From the NCBI GenBank assembly GCA_020725555.1, contig DYEU01000010.1, positions 74,980 to 138,979 on the forward strand: 64,000 nt of DNA, read 5' to 3'. The notes beneath the pieces were generated by a model. It was not told the origin of the DNA and ran no database searches. It saw only the letters and a program-made list of their open reading frames with translations. Made by a program: the position numbers and the translations under genes. The DNA is from Desulfatibacillum sp. Lineage in GTDB: Bacteria; Desulfobacterota; Desulfobacteria; Desulfobacterales; SpSt-501. Shown in pieces: positions 47,777 to 58,276 of the stretch (position 1 is its first letter; the number at the start of each line of letters is the position of its first letter).

Positions 47777-48629
47777 GCCCCTCCCCCGGACCAGCCAGGC
47801 GGCCGAGGTCTGGCGGCGCCTGCGGCGCAACCGCGCAGCCCTCGTCGGCGGCGCCGTCGTGGCCGTCTTCGTCTTCACCGCGATTTTCGCCCCCGCGATC
47901 GCCCCCTTCGCCCCCGACCGGGGGGACCTCGGCCGGCGGCTCGAGCCGCCCTCGGCCGAGCACTGGCTGGGCACCGACGAGCTCGGCCGCGACATCTTCA
48001 GCCGGATCCTCTACGGCGCGCGCGTCTCGCTCCAGATCCAGCTCGTCGCCGTCCTGATCGCCCTCGCCGCCGGCTGCCTGCTCGGGCTTGTGGGCGGTTA
48101 CTACGGCGGCTGGGCGGACCACGGGATCATGCGCGCGATGGACATTCTGCTCGCCTTTCCCGGGATCTTCCTCGCCATTTCGATCATCGCCGTCCTCGGG
48201 CCCGGGCTCCTCAACCTGATGCTCGCGGCCGGGATCTACTCCATCCCGCAGTTTGCGCGCATCGTGCGCGGCTCGATCCTGAGCCTGAAGGAGAAAGAGT
48301 TCGTCGAGGCGGCGCGCGCCGCCGGCGAGGGGGACGCGAGCATCCTCTTCCGCCACCTGCTGCCGAACGCGATGGCCCCGATCATCATCCAGACGACGCT
48401 GCGCATGGCGACGGTGCTGCTCACCGCCTCGGGGCTGAGCTTTCTCGGCCTGGGGGTGCAGCCGCCGCACCCCGAGTGGGGGGCGATGCTCTCGAACGCC
48501 CGCCCCTACCTCATCACCGCCCCGCATGTCGCCACCTTCCCGGGGCTGGCCATCATGCTCGTGGTGATGGGCTTCAACCTCTTCGGCGACGGCCTGCGGG
48601 ACTCGCTCGACCCGCGGCTCAAGGATTAG
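47769..48629 (+). CDS. peptide ABC transporter permease (DppC/OppC-like)
   Basis: 286 aa. HWLGTDELGRDIFSRILYG motif. Confidence 0.9.
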   Translation: MSEPLPRTSQAAEVWRRLRRNRAALVGGAVVAVFVFTAIFAPAIAPFAPDRGDLGRRLEPPSAEHWLGTDELGRDIFSRILYGARVSLQIQLVAVLIALAAGCLLGLVGGYYGGWADHGIMRAMDILLAFPGIFLAISIIAVLGPGLLNLMLAAGIYSIPQFARIVRGSILSLKEKEFVEAARAAGEGDASILFRHLLPNAMAPIIIQTTLRMATVLLTASGLSFLGLGVQPPHPEWGAMLSNARPYLITAPHVATFPGLAIMLVVMGFNLFGDGLRDSLDPRLKD

Positions 48630-48636
48630 CCCCGCC

Positions 48637-49617
48637 ATGGCGCCGCTTCTCTCCGTGCGCGATCTGCGGACCCACTTCTTCTCGGCCGGCAAGGTCGTCC
48701 GCGCGCTCGACGGCGTCTCCTTCGACATCGCCGAGGGCGAGGTGTTCGGAATCGTGGGCGAAACCGGCTGCGGCAAATCGGTGACCGCCCTCTCCATCCT
48801 GCGGCTCATCCCCTTCCCGCCGGGGAAAATCGTCTCCGGCGCAATTCGCTTCAAGGAAACCGAGCTCCTTTCCCTCCCCCCCGAGCGGATGCGCGCCTTC
48901 CGCGGCAAAGAGATCTCCATGATCTTCCAGGAGCCGATGACCTCGCTCAACCCCGTCTTTCGCGTGGGCGAGCAGATGCGGGAGGTCATCGCCCTCCACC
49001 AGGGGCTGGGCCGCGAGAAGGCCTGGGAGGCCGCGGTCGCGATGCTCGCCCGCGTGCGCATCCCCGAGGCGGAAAAGGTCGCCCGCTGCTACCCCCACCA
49101 GCTGAGCGGCGGCATGCGGCAGCGGGTGATGATCGCCATGGAGCTCTCCTGCCGTCCCGCCCTCCTGATCGCCGACGAGCCCACCACCGCGCTCGACGTC
49201 ACCATCCAGGCCCAGATCCTCCGGCTGCTCCAGGAGATGCGCCGCGAGCTCGGCACTGCCATCCTGCTCATCACCCACGACCTCGGGGTCGTGGCCCAGA
49301 TGTGCGACCGGGTGGCGGTCATGTACGCGGGCGGGATCGTCGAGGAGGCGGGCGTCGTCGAGATCTTCGAGGCCCCGCGCCACCCCTACACCCGGGGCCT
49401 CTGGGGCGCGATCCCGCCCGTCGAGCAGGAGCGGGAATCCCTCGCCGTCATCCCCGGGACGGTGCCGGACCTCTCCCGGCCTCCCGCGGGCTGCCCCTTC
49501 CACCCGCGCTGCGAGCGGCGCTTCGCTCCCTGCGACCGCGAGCGGCCGGCCATGCGCGGGGTCGCCGCCGGGCACCGCGTCGCCTGCCACCTCTACCCGG
49601 AGGGGGAGGGCCCATGA
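48637..49617 (+). CDS. peptide ABC transporter ATP-binding protein (DppD-like)
   Basis: [20 protein letters not shown] and the C-terminal Cys-rich oligopeptide-ATPase tail. Confidence 0.9.
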   Translation: MAPLLSVRDLRTHFFSAGKVVRALDGVSFDIAEGEVFGIVGETGCGKSVTALSILRLIPFPPGKIVSGAIRFKETELLSLPPERMRAFRGKEISMIFQEPMTSLNPVFRVGEQMREVIALHQGLGREKAWEAAVAMLARVRIPEAEKVARCYPHQLSGGMRQRVMIAMELSCRPALLIADEPTTALDVTIQAQILRLLQEMRRELGTAILLITHDLGVVAQMCDRVAVMYAGGIVEEAGVVEIFEAPRHPYTRGLWGAIPPVEQERESLAVIPGTVPDLSRPPAGCPFHPRCERRFAPCDRERPAMRGVAAGHRVACHLYPEGEGP

Positions 49618-50576
49618 CGAACGCGCTGCTCGAGGTCCGCGGCCTGGTGAAGCATTTTGCGGTGACGCGCGGCCTGGCCGGCAAGAAGCTCTTCGTCCGC
49701 GCCGTGGACGGGATCGATTTCGCCATCCGCGCCGGGGAGACCCTGGGCCTCGTCGGCGAATCCGGCTGCGGCAAGACCACGGCCGGCCGGCTCGTCCTCC
49801 GCCTGATCGAGCCCACGGCGGGCGAGGTCCTCTTCGAGGGTGAATCCCTCGGCCGGCTCGACCGCCGCGCGCTGCTTGCCCGCCGGCGCTCCTTCCAGAT
49901 CATCTTCCAGGACCCCTTCGCCTCGCTCAACCCGCGGATGACGGTCGCCGAAATCGTGGGCCGCCCCATGGAGATCCACGGCATCGCCCGCCGCGCCGAG
50001 CGCGACGACCGGGTCGCCGAGCTGCTCGAGGCCGTCGGGCTGCGGCGCGACCAGCTCGGCCGCTACCCCCACGAGTTCTCCGGCGGGCAGCGGCAGCGGA
50101 TCGGGATCGCGCGGGCGATCGCCACCCGGCCGCGGCTGATCGTCGCCGACGAGCCCACCTCGGCCCTCGACGTCTCCGTGCAGGCCCAGATCCTGAACCT
50201 CCTGCGCGACCTCCAGGCGCGCTTCGGGCTGACCTATCTGTTCATCTCCCACAACATCGGCGTCATCCGGCACATCAGCGACCGCGTGGCCGTGATGTAC
50301 CTCGGGAAAATCGTCGAACTCGCCGCCAAGCGCGCCCTCTTCGAGCAGCCGGCCCACCCCTACACCCAGGCGCTGCTCGCCGCCGTCCCGAAGACCGACC
50401 CCCGCCGGCGCGAAGCCGGGCCGGTCCTCGAAGGCGACGTGCCGAGCCCCGTGAGCCCCCCGCCCGGATGCCGCTTTCACACCCGCTGCCCCCGGGCGAT
50501 GGCCGTCTGCCGCAACGAGGAGCCGGCCTTCCGGCCGCTCGCGGACGGAAGGCAGGTCGCCTGCCACCTGTACTGA
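49614..50576 (+). CDS. peptide ABC transporter ATP-binding protein (DppF-like)
   Basis: ATG 49614 overlaps the upstream stop (ATGA). [21 protein letters not shown]. Confidence 0.9.
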   Translation: MTNALLEVRGLVKHFAVTRGLAGKKLFVRAVDGIDFAIRAGETLGLVGESGCGKTTAGRLVLRLIEPTAGEVLFEGESLGRLDRRALLARRRSFQIIFQDPFASLNPRMTVAEIVGRPMEIHGIARRAERDDRVAELLEAVGLRRDQLGRYPHEFSGGQRQRIGIARAIATRPRLIVADEPTSALDVSVQAQILNLLRDLQARFGLTYLFISHNIGVIRHISDRVAVMYLGKIVELAAKRALFEQPAHPYTQALLAAVPKTDPRRREAGPVLEGDVPSPVSPPPGCRFHTRCPRAMAVCRNEEPAFRPLADGRQVACHLY

Positions 50577-50623
50577 AAGGACACGCCGGACCCGGCCCCC
50601 CGCCCCGGAAGGAGGAAACGCCC

Positions 50624-51808
50624 ATGACGCCGCGCCCGCCCGCCCCGTTCTTCACCCTGATCACCGGCGCCGAGGTCTACGCCCCGGAGCCCCTCGGCCG
50701 CAACGACCTCCTCCTCGCCGGCGAAACGATCGCCCGCATCGCCCCGCGGATCGAACTGCCGCGGGATTTCGCGGCGCGGCGCCTTTCGGCCGCGGGGAAA
50801 TACGCCGTCCCGGGCTTCGTCGACCTGCACGTCCACCTCCTGGGCGGCGGGGGCGAGGCGGGGCCGGCGAGCCGCGCCCCCGAGATCACGCTCTCGCGGA
50901 TCACCCGCGCGGGGGTGACCACCGTGGTCGGCCTCCTCGGCACCGACGACGTCACGCGCCGGCCCGAAAGCCTCCTCGCCAAGGCGATGCAGCTTGCCGC
51001 CGAGGGGATTTCGGCCTTCGTCTACAGCGGCTCCTACCAGCTGCCGCTCGCCACCGTCACCGGCAGCCTGCGCAAGGACCTCGCCCTGCTGCCGGCGGTG
51101 ATCGGCGTCGGCGAGGTCGCCATCTCCGACCACCGCTCCTCGCAGCCGACCTTCGAGGAGCTCTGCCGCATCGCGGCCGAGGCGCGCGTGGGCGGCATGC
51201 TGGGAGGCAAGGCGGGGCTGGTGCACCTGCACGTCGGGGCCGGGCCGCGCGGGCTTGAGCCGTTGCGTCGCCTGGTGCGCGAAACCGAGATCCCGATCGG
51301 GCAGTTCCTGCCGACCCACGTGAACCGGACGCCGGCCCTGCTCGAGGAGGCGATCGCCTTTGCCCGCGAGGGAGGCTTCATCGACCTCACGGCCCGGGGG
51401 AGGAACCTGAACTTCCGACCCACCGTGGCCGAGGCGGTGCAGCAGGCGCTCGCGGCCGGGGTCCCCCTCGAGCGGATCAGCCTGAGCTCGGATTCGAACG
51501 GGTCGATGCCGGTCTTCGACGCCCGCGGCCGCGTCGTGCGGCTGGCCGTGGGCGAGATCGAAAGCCTCACCGAGGACTGGCGCCGTCTCGTTGCGGAGGG
51601 GCTCCCGCTCGCTCAGGCGCTGCCGCTCGTCACCGCGAACCCCGCGCGGCGCGCCGGCCTCTTCGACCGCAAGGGGAGCCTCGCCCCGGGGAAGGACGCC
51701 GACCTGCTCCTCCTCGACCGCAAGCTCGCAATCGACACGGTCTTCGCCCGGGGGCGGTGCATGGTGGAACGCGGCAAGCCCCGCGTGAAGGGGACCTTCG
51801 AGGCGTGA
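50624..51808 (+). CDS. iadA: isoaspartyl dipeptidase
   Basis: GFVDLHVHLLGGGGEAG...GVGEVAISDHRSS, typical of IadA. GGAAGGAGG RBS. Confidence 0.8.
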   Translation: MTPRPPAPFFTLITGAEVYAPEPLGRNDLLLAGETIARIAPRIELPRDFAARRLSAAGKYAVPGFVDLHVHLLGGGGEAGPASRAPEITLSRITRAGVTTVVGLLGTDDVTRRPESLLAKAMQLAAEGISAFVYSGSYQLPLATVTGSLRKDLALLPAVIGVGEVAISDHRSSQPTFEELCRIAAEARVGGMLGGKAGLVHLHVGAGPRGLEPLRRLVRETEIPIGQFLPTHVNRTPALLEEAIAFAREGGFIDLTARGRNLNFRPTVAEAVQQALAAGVPLERISLSSDSNGSMPVFDARGRVVRLAVGEIESLTEDWRRLVAEGLPLAQALPLVTANPARRAGLFDRKGSLAPGKDADLLLLDRKLAIDTVFARGRCMVERGKPRVKGTFEA

Positions 51809-51819
51809 GGGAGGAACCG

Positions 51820-52605
51820 ATGACCGCGAACGCGCACCCCTCCTCGTCCCCGCCCCTGATCGGCATCACCTGCTCCCGCCTGACCGGCGGGGCCTGGGGC
51901 CTCTATTCGCTCGGCCATTTCCTGGATTACACCTTCTCCGACTACAGCCAGGCGGTGCTGGCGGCGGGCGGCGCCCCGGTGCTGATCCCCACCCCCCAGA
52001 GCGCGCAGAGCCTGCGGCGGGTTCTCGCGGGGGTCCAGGGGGTGATCCTGAGCGGCGGTCCCGACGTGCACCCCCGCCGCTACGGCGAGGAGCCCGCGGC
52101 CGGCCTGGGCGAGGTGGACGAGGCGCTCGACGGGATGGAGATCGCGCTTGCGCGCCTGGCCGTGGATCGGGGGGTGCCGCTGCTCGGGGTCTGCCGCGGC
52201 ATCCAGGTGCTGAACGTCGCCCTGGGGGGGAGCCTCTACCAGGACATCGCCTCCCAGCTCCCGGAGGCGATCTGCCACACGCCCAAGGCCGACAAGGCCG
52301 TTCTCACGCACACGGTGCGGATCGAGGAGGGAAGCCTGCTCGCGCGCATCCTGCGCCGACGCGAAATCTGGGTGAACGGCAAGCACCACCAGGCGGTCAA
52401 GGAGGTGGCGCCGGGCCTGCGCCCCGCGGCGTGGGCCCGCGACGGGGTGATCGAGGCGCTCGAGTACCCGGGCAAGCCCTTCGTGCTGGGCGTCCAGTGG
52501 CACCCGGAGGGCACCTTTCGCGAGGACCCGTTCGCGCTCAAGCTCTTCCGCGCCCTGGCGGCGGCGGCTGGCGGGAAGCCGCCTCAGGCGGGGCGCGGCC
52601 GGTAG
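51820..52605 (+). CDS. gamma-glutamyl hydrolase / class-I glutamine amidotransferase-like peptidase C26
   Basis: LLGVCRGIQVLNVALGG nucleophile elbow and GVQWHPE His motif. Confidence 0.8.
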   Translation: MTANAHPSSSPPLIGITCSRLTGGAWGLYSLGHFLDYTFSDYSQAVLAAGGAPVLIPTPQSAQSLRRVLAGVQGVILSGGPDVHPRRYGEEPAAGLGEVDEALDGMEIALARLAVDRGVPLLGVCRGIQVLNVALGGSLYQDIASQLPEAICHTPKADKAVLTHTVRIEEGSLLARILRRREIWVNGKHHQAVKEVAPGLRPAAWARDGVIEALEYPGKPFVLGVQWHPEGTFREDPFALKLFRALAAAAGGKPPQAGRGR

Positions 52606-54161
52606 AGCCGCTCCAGATAGGCCCGCGCCGCCTCCTCCCACGAAAAACGCGTCTCCGCCGCCCGCCGCCGGAGGGCTTCCCATTCGCGGGGGCGGCGGCG
52701 CAGGAGCTCGAGGGCCTCGTCGCAGGCACCGAGCAGTCCCCGCACCTGCTCGGCGACGGTCCGCCCCGTGAAGCCGAAGCCGTTTTCGCCCGGCCGCACG
52801 GTGTCCCGCAGGCCCCCCACGAGGTGCACGAGGCAGGGCTGGCCGGCGGCCATGGCCCGCATCTGGCTAATCCCGCACGGCTCAAAGGAGCTCGGCATGA
52901 GAAAGAGATCCCCGGCGCGGTAGAGGGCCCGCGCCGCCTCCTCCGCGTAACCGTTCAGAAAGATCAGGCCGCGGCGGCGCGCCGCCGTCGCCGCAAGAAA
53001 CCCCTCATCCCCGGGGTCCCCCGCGCCGAGAAGCAAAAACCGCCCCTCGGGCTCGATCCGGTCGAGGAGATGCTCGAGGGCCGGCCGGCCGTCGTCCGCG
53101 GGCGCCTGCAGGAGAAAGAGCTTCTGGGGGACCACCCGCGTGACCGCCGTCAGCAGCGGGCGCGGGCGAAGGCCCCGGCGGGAGATCTCCTCCAGCCTGC
53201 CGTGGGCGACGAAATGCACCGCCGGCACGGCCGCCGCGCCCCCCGCCCAGCCCCGCACCGCCTCCCGCAGGGTCTCCCCGAGCGCCCCGAGGGCATCGGG
53301 CTCCGCCCCCGCCGGGGGGTCCTCTTCGGGGGCGCCGTTCAGGATCCCGTGCAGGCGGCCCTCGGCCGCGGCCGCCTGCAGGTCGGCCTCCAGCCCTTCG
53401 CCGCCGTAGAACCGCGGCGGGTCGCTCGGCAGCAGGATGTCCCGGGCGTACGAGGGGGAAACCGTGTGCACCGTGTCCGCGAAGCGGATCCCCGCCGCCA
53501 TGGGGTTCACGCAGTGCGGCCAGCGGGGGTCGGCGATCTCCGCGCGCGGAAAGGAGAGGTGCGGGAACCAGGCGCAAAGCGACGAGGGGTCGCCCGCGAA
53601 GGGGCGGATCCCCTGGAGGGCGAGGTTGTGGATCGAAAACACGGTGCGCAGCCCGGCGGGCGCGCGCAGGCCGGGATCGCAACGCCGCAGCAGGAGGATC
53701 CAGCCGGTGTGCCAGTCGTGGAGATGCAACACCTCGGCCGCGCCCAGGGCGCCGGAGGCGAGGGCGCGGCAGAAGGCCGCGGCAAACCGGGCGAAACGCG
53801 TGGCGTCGGTCGCGAAGGGGGCCTGCGGCGGGTCGCAGCGGTAGATCTCCCGACGCGCGGCGCCCTCCGAAAAGGCGGGGTGATCGATGACGAGGTGCCG
53901 CACCCCGGGGTGCGCACCGGCGGCGGGGCGGAGCTCGAAGAGCGCGGCCCGCTCCTCGCCGCCGCCGAAGGGGAAGGCGACCTCGGCCAGGGGGCGGGCG
54001 GGGTTGAGGCGGTGGAGAAACCCGTAGGCGGGGGTGACCACCGCGACGCGGCAGCCGAGGCGGGCGAGCCCCGCGGCGGACCCCGCCACGGCGTCGGCCA
54101 ACCCCCCCACCTTGCCGCCGCGCAGCGCCGCGTTTTCGGCCGCGGCCATGACGACCCGCAC
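52584..54161 (-). CDS. glgA: glycogen synthase
   Basis: VRVVMAAAENAALRGGKVGGLADAV (KxGGL motif). The GTG at 54161 follows GGGAGG. The 3' end overlaps the convergent C26 gene by 22 nt. Confidence 0.8.
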   Translation of the reverse strand: MRVVMAAAENAALRGGKVGGLADAVAGSAAGLARLGCRVAVVTPAYGFLHRLNPARPLAEVAFPFGGGEERAALFELRPAAGAHPGVRHLVIDHPAFSEGAARREIYRCDPPQAPFATDATRFARFAAAFCRALASGALGAAEVLHLHDWHTGWILLLRRCDPGLRAPAGLRTVFSIHNLALQGIRPFAGDPSSLCAWFPHLSFPRAEIADPRWPHCVNPMAAGIRFADTVHTVSPSYARDILLPSDPPRFYGGEGLEADLQAAAAEGRLHGILNGAPEEDPPAGAEPDALGALGETLREAVRGWAGGAAAVPAVHFVAHGRLEEISRRGLRPRPLLTAVTRVVPQKLFLLQAPADDGRPALEHLLDRIEPEGRFLLLGAGDPGDEGFLAATAARRRGLIFLNGYAEEAARALYRAGDLFLMPSSFEPCGISQMRAMAAGQPCLVHLVGGLRDTVRPGENGFGFTGRTVAEQVRGLLGACDEALELLRRRPREWEALRRRAAETRFSWEEAARAYLERLYRPRPA

Positions 54162-54319
54162 CGGCCACCTCCCTGGCAGAAGAAGCACCCCCGGAAAGCC
54201 CCTTACCAGAGATCCGCCGCAGGGGGCAAGGCGGCCGCGGGGTGGGGTTTTCCTTTCCCTGCCCGCCCAACGGGAGTATAGTCCCCGCCCAATCCGCGCC
54301 CGCAGGGAGGATCCCCGGC

Positions 54320-55120
54320 ATGCTCCTCTGGTTGCTCTATCCCGTCTTCGGCGCCTTCGCCGGCATCTTGGCCGGTCTGCTCGGCGTGGGCGGCGGCATC
54401 GTCATCGTCCCCATGCTCGTCTTTCTCTTCAACGCCCAGGGGTTCGCCCCCCAGCACATCATGCAGATGGCGCTCGCCACCTCGCTCGGGAGCATCGTTT
54501 TCACTTCGATCTCGAGCTTCCGCGCCCACCACCGGCGCGGGGCGGTGCGCTGGCCGGTCGTCTGGAGCATCACCCCGGGGATCCTCCTCGGCACCTTCGG
54601 CGGCACCTGGATCGCCGCCTGGCTTTCGACGCACGCCCTCAAGGTCTTCTTCGTCTGCTTCCTCTACTACGTCGCCGTGCAGATGCTCGCCGACTACAAG
54701 CCCAAGCCGACCCGCGAGCTTCCCCGCACGGCCGGCATGTTCGCGGCCGGGACGGTGATCGGGGTCGTCTCCAGCTTGGTCGGCATCGGCGGCGGCTCGC
54801 TTTCGGTACCCTTCCTCGCCTGGTGCAACGTGCCCCTGCACCAGGCGATCGGGACCTCCGCGGCCATCGGCTTTCCGATCGCCGTGGCCGGGACGCTGGG
54901 GTACATCGTGAACGGCTGGGGCCTGTCCGCGCTGCCCCCCCTGAACCTGGGCTTCCTGCACCTGCCCGCCCTGCTGGGGATCGCCCTCTTCAGCATGCTC
55001 ACCGCCCCGCTCGGCGCCCGGCTCGCCCACCGCCTGCCGGTTTCGCGGCTGAAGCGGATTTTCGCGGGGTTTCTGCTCCTCGTCGCCAGCCGCATGGCCT
55101 GGGGCCTCCTCGCCGGCTGA
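54320..55120 (+). CDS. TauE/SafE-family anion exporter (second copy)
   Basis: 266-aa polytopic protein. LLGVGGGIVIVPMLVF and LVGIGGGSLSVPFL repeats. Confidence 0.8.
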   Translation: MLLWLLYPVFGAFAGILAGLLGVGGGIVIVPMLVFLFNAQGFAPQHIMQMALATSLGSIVFTSISSFRAHHRRGAVRWPVVWSITPGILLGTFGGTWIAAWLSTHALKVFFVCFLYYVAVQMLADYKPKPTRELPRTAGMFAAGTVIGVVSSLVGIGGGSLSVPFLAWCNVPLHQAIGTSAAIGFPIAVAGTLGYIVNGWGLSALPPLNLGFLHLPALLGIALFSMLTAPLGARLAHRLPVSRLKRIFAGFLLLVASRMAWGLLAG

Positions 55121-55167
55121 AGCGCGGCCGAGGCGGCTTACCGCCGCGTGGCGCCCTGAAAAAGGGA

Positions 55168-55196
55168 TTGTCATGCCCTGCGCTCTCGCCTATAGT
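55168..55196 (+). promoter_or_regulatory. sigma70-type promoter of the CorC/HlyC gene
   Basis: TTGTCA, 17 nt, TATAGT. Confidence 0.5.
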
Positions 55197-55263
55197 GCGG
55201 GCGGAAGTCGCCGACGGCCACCGGAGAAGCTCCCCCCATCCCGTTCGCTTGCGGCACCCTCAC

Positions 55264-56589
55264 ATGGAGTCATTCAGTACCCAGCTCATCGTCCTCCTCG
55301 CGCTGATCGTCGCCAACGGCCTGTTTTCCATGGCCGAAATCGCGATCGTCTCCTCCCGCAAGGCCCGCCTCCAGCAGCGGGCCGAGGAAGGCGACGAGCG
55401 GGCGCGCATCGCCCTCGAGCTCGCCAACCACCCCGCCTCCTTTCTCTCCACGGTGCAGATCGGCATCACGCTCGTCGGCATCCTGGCCGGCGCCTACGGC
55501 GGGGCGACGATCGCCGACCGGCTCGCCCCGGAGTTGAACCGCATCTCCTGGGTCGCCCCCCACGGTGCGGCCGTGAGCCTGAGCGCCGTCGTGCTGGGGA
55601 TCACCTTTCTCACCCTGATCCTCGGCGAGCTCGTCCCCAAGCAGATCGCCCTGCAGCACGCCGAGCGGCTGGCCGCCGCGTTCGCCCCGGCGATGCGCTC
55701 GCTCGCCTGGCTGGCCGCACCGCTCGTGCGGCTGCTCGCCTGCACCTCGACCCTCGTCCTGCGCCTCTTTGCGATCAAGCCCTCGGCCGAGGCCTCGGTC
55801 ACCGAGGAAGAGGTCAAGCTCATGATCGAGCAAGGGACGCAGGAGGGGGTCTTCGAGCCGACCGAGCAGGAAATGGTCGAGCGCGTCTTCCGCCTGGGCG
55901 ACCGCACGGTGAGCGCGATCATGACCCCCCGGCCGGACGTCATCTGGCTCGACGTCAACGACCCCCCCGAGGAGATCCAGCGCAAGATCACCTCCTCCTC
56001 GCACACCCACTACCCGGTCGCCGAGGACGAGATCGACCACGTGATCGGCATGGTGAACACGAAGGATCTCCTCTCCCAGCACCTGGGGTGCCGGCCGACC
56101 GACCTGCGGGCCATCCTGCGTCCCGCGCTCTTCATCCCCGAAACCATGTCCGCCCTCGCGGTGCTCGAGCGCTTCAAGAAGAAGCGCACCCATGTCGCCG
56201 TGGTCATCGACGAGCACGGCGGCTTCCAGGGCCTGGTGACGACAAGCGACGTCCTCGAGGCGATCGTGGGCGACATCCCCACCCCGGAAGAGGACGACGC
56301 GGAGGAAATCATCCGCCGCGAAGACGGCTCCTACCTGATGGACGGGAAGGTCCCGGCGGACGAACTCAAGGAAGTCCTCGACCTCGAGGAACTCCCCTAC
56401 GAGGACGAAAACCTCTACCAGACCCTCGGCGGCATGGTGATGGCCTACCTCGACCGCATTCCGCGAGCGGGCGACAGCTTCGCCTGGAAGGGGTTCCGCT
56501 TCGAGGTCGTCGACATGGACGGCCACCGCGTGGACAAGGTGCTCGTGCGGCGCGAGCCGGAGGAGCCGGAAGCGGGCAATCGCGCTTGA
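55264..56589 (+). CDS. HlyC/CorC (CNNM) family transporter protein: DUF21, CBS pair, CorC_HlyC
   Basis: LALIVANGLFSMAEIAIVSSRKARL (DUF21), a CBS region, and a C-terminal transporter-associated domain. Confidence 0.85.
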   Translation: MESFSTQLIVLLALIVANGLFSMAEIAIVSSRKARLQQRAEEGDERARIALELANHPASFLSTVQIGITLVGILAGAYGGATIADRLAPELNRISWVAPHGAAVSLSAVVLGITFLTLILGELVPKQIALQHAERLAAAFAPAMRSLAWLAAPLVRLLACTSTLVLRLFAIKPSAEASVTEEEVKLMIEQGTQEGVFEPTEQEMVERVFRLGDRTVSAIMTPRPDVIWLDVNDPPEEIQRKITSSSHTHYPVAEDEIDHVIGMVNTKDLLSQHLGCRPTDLRAILRPALFIPETMSALAVLERFKKKRTHVAVVIDEHGGFQGLVTTSDVLEAIVGDIPTPEEDDAEEIIRREDGSYLMDGKVPADELKEVLDLEELPYEDENLYQTLGGMVMAYLDRIPRAGDSFAWKGFRFEVVDMDGHRVDKVLVRREPEEPEAGNRA

Positions 56590-56734
56590 GCGGAAGGCTT
56601 GTCGCCGCCGGGGCTTTGGTCTATGGAGAAGCATGCGGCGGGACCGGCCTCCCCCGGGGTCGCCCGGGCGGGGGCGGGGGACCCGCCGGCGGTCGCCGTC
56701 GTGCGGCCCCAGTTCACGCGGAAGGAGATCGGAG

Positions 56735-57493
56735 ATGGGAAAGAAGACGGTTGCAGTCCTCGGGGCGGTGCTCTGCGCCTGCGTGCTCTTCGGGACGCCG
56801 GCCGGAGCCCAGGAAAAGGTCTACATCAACGGCTTCGACGCGGATTACCCGCCGTTTTCGTTCGTGGACAAAAACGGCAAGCCCGCGGGGTTCGACATCG
56901 ACGCCCTCGACTGGATCGCCCGCGAAATGGGCTTCAAGGTCAAACACCAGCCGACCGACTGGGCGGCGATCGTCCCCACGCTGCAGTCGAAGAAAATCGA
57001 CATCATCGCCTCCGGCATGAGCATCACCCCCGAGCGGCAGGCGGCCGTCAATTTCACGGAGCCCTACTGGACCGTGCAGCAGCGGCTCGTCGTGCGCGAG
57101 GATTCCCCCCTCACCCCGACACAGTGCCTCGAGCCCGGCCGCAAGATCGCCCTCCTGCGCGGGAGCGCCGAGTCCAAGTGGATGACCGAACATCTCCTGA
57201 AGAAGGGCTATTCCTTCGAGCTCAAGTTCTACGACACGACCCCGCTGGCGATCGAGGACGTGGCCAACGGCCGCGCCGACTGCGCCGCGGTTTCGAACAC
57301 CGCCCTCAAAAACGCCCGGGACAAGGGGCTCAAGGTAAAGAGCATCGGCGACTACGGCCAGCCCGACACGAACTACGGCTATGCCGTGCGCAAGGACGAC
57401 ACCGAGCTGCTCAACAAGCTGAACGAGGGCTGGAAGCGGCTCAAGGCCTCCCCGAGCTTCCCGGAGCTCGTGAAGAAATGGGACCTGCGCTGA
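56735..57493 (+). CDS. polar amino-acid ABC transporter substrate-binding protein
   Basis: Signal peptide. DADYPPFSF...IDIIASGMSITPERQAAVNFTEPYW. Confidence 0.85.
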   Translation: MGKKTVAVLGAVLCACVLFGTPAGAQEKVYINGFDADYPPFSFVDKNGKPAGFDIDALDWIAREMGFKVKHQPTDWAAIVPTLQSKKIDIIASGMSITPERQAAVNFTEPYWTVQQRLVVREDSPLTPTQCLEPGRKIALLRGSAESKWMTEHLLKKGYSFELKFYDTTPLAIEDVANGRADCAAVSNTALKNARDKGLKVKSIGDYGQPDTNYGYAVRKDDTELLNKLNEGWKRLKASPSFPELVKKWDLR

Positions 57494-57543
57494 GCGCCGG
57501 GCGGGGGGGCCGGCCCCGCCGCCCTCCCCGCGCAGACCGATTC

Positions 57544-57577
57544 CCGGGAAGGCCGCGCCCCGCCGCGGCCTTCCCGG
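57544..57577 (+). terminator. 14-bp GC hairpin after the amino-acid binding-protein gene (intercistronic)
   Basis: CCGGGAAGGCCGCG-CCCCGC-CGCGGCCTTCCCGG. Confidence 0.4.
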
Positions 57578-57591
57578 CGTCTTGACCCTCC

Positions 57592-58260
57592 ATGCATAGA
57601 GGCCTGGCGGCGATCCTCGAGGGACTTCCCTACATCCTGGGAGGGGTCGGCACCACGCTCACGGTGGTCGCCGGCGCCCTCTCCATGGGGTTCGCCCTCG
57701 GCCTCCTGCTGGCGGTGGGGGAGGTGTACGGCCCCCGCGGGCTCCGGCGCGGAATCGGCGTCTACGTCTGGTTCTTCCGCGGGATCCCCCTGCTGGTCCT
57801 GCTCTTTCTGATCTACTTCGGCATCCTCGGCGCGCTCGAGATCGACCTCACCCCCTTCAGCGTGGCGATCCTCGTGCTGGGACTGATCAGCTCCGCCTAC
57901 CAGGCCCAGATCCTGCGCGGGGCGATCCTCTCCGTCCCGGAGGGGCAGATGAAGGCCGCGCGGGCGATCGGCATGAGCGACGGCCGCGCCATCGTCTTCG
58001 TCGTCCTGCCGCAGGCCTTGCGGCTCGCCCTGCCCGGCTGGTCAAACGAATACACGGTGCTCATGAAGGACTCGGCCATCACCTACGCCCTGGGGGTCGC
58101 CGAGCTCATGGCGCGCACGCACCACACCGCCGCGCGCACCTACCAGCACTTCTGGCTCTACCTGCTGGTCGGCCTGATCTACATGGGGCTCACCTGGGCG
58201 GGGACCCGCCTCCTGCACCGGCTGGAGGAGCGTTTCGCCCTGGCGGGCTACCTGCGCTGA
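57592..58260 (+). CDS. amino-acid ABC transporter permease
   Basis: 222 aa, HisM/GlnP-type permease pattern. Confidence 0.85.
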   Translation: MHRGLAAILEGLPYILGGVGTTLTVVAGALSMGFALGLLLAVGEVYGPRGLRRGIGVYVWFFRGIPLLVLLFLIYFGILGALEIDLTPFSVAILVLGLISSAYQAQILRGAILSVPEGQMKAARAIGMSDGRAIVFVVLPQALRLALPGWSNEYTVLMKDSAITYALGVAELMARTHHTAARTYQHFWLYLLVGLIYMGLTWAGTRLLHRLEERFALAGYLR

Positions 58261-58276
58261 GGGAGGCCCCGAACCC

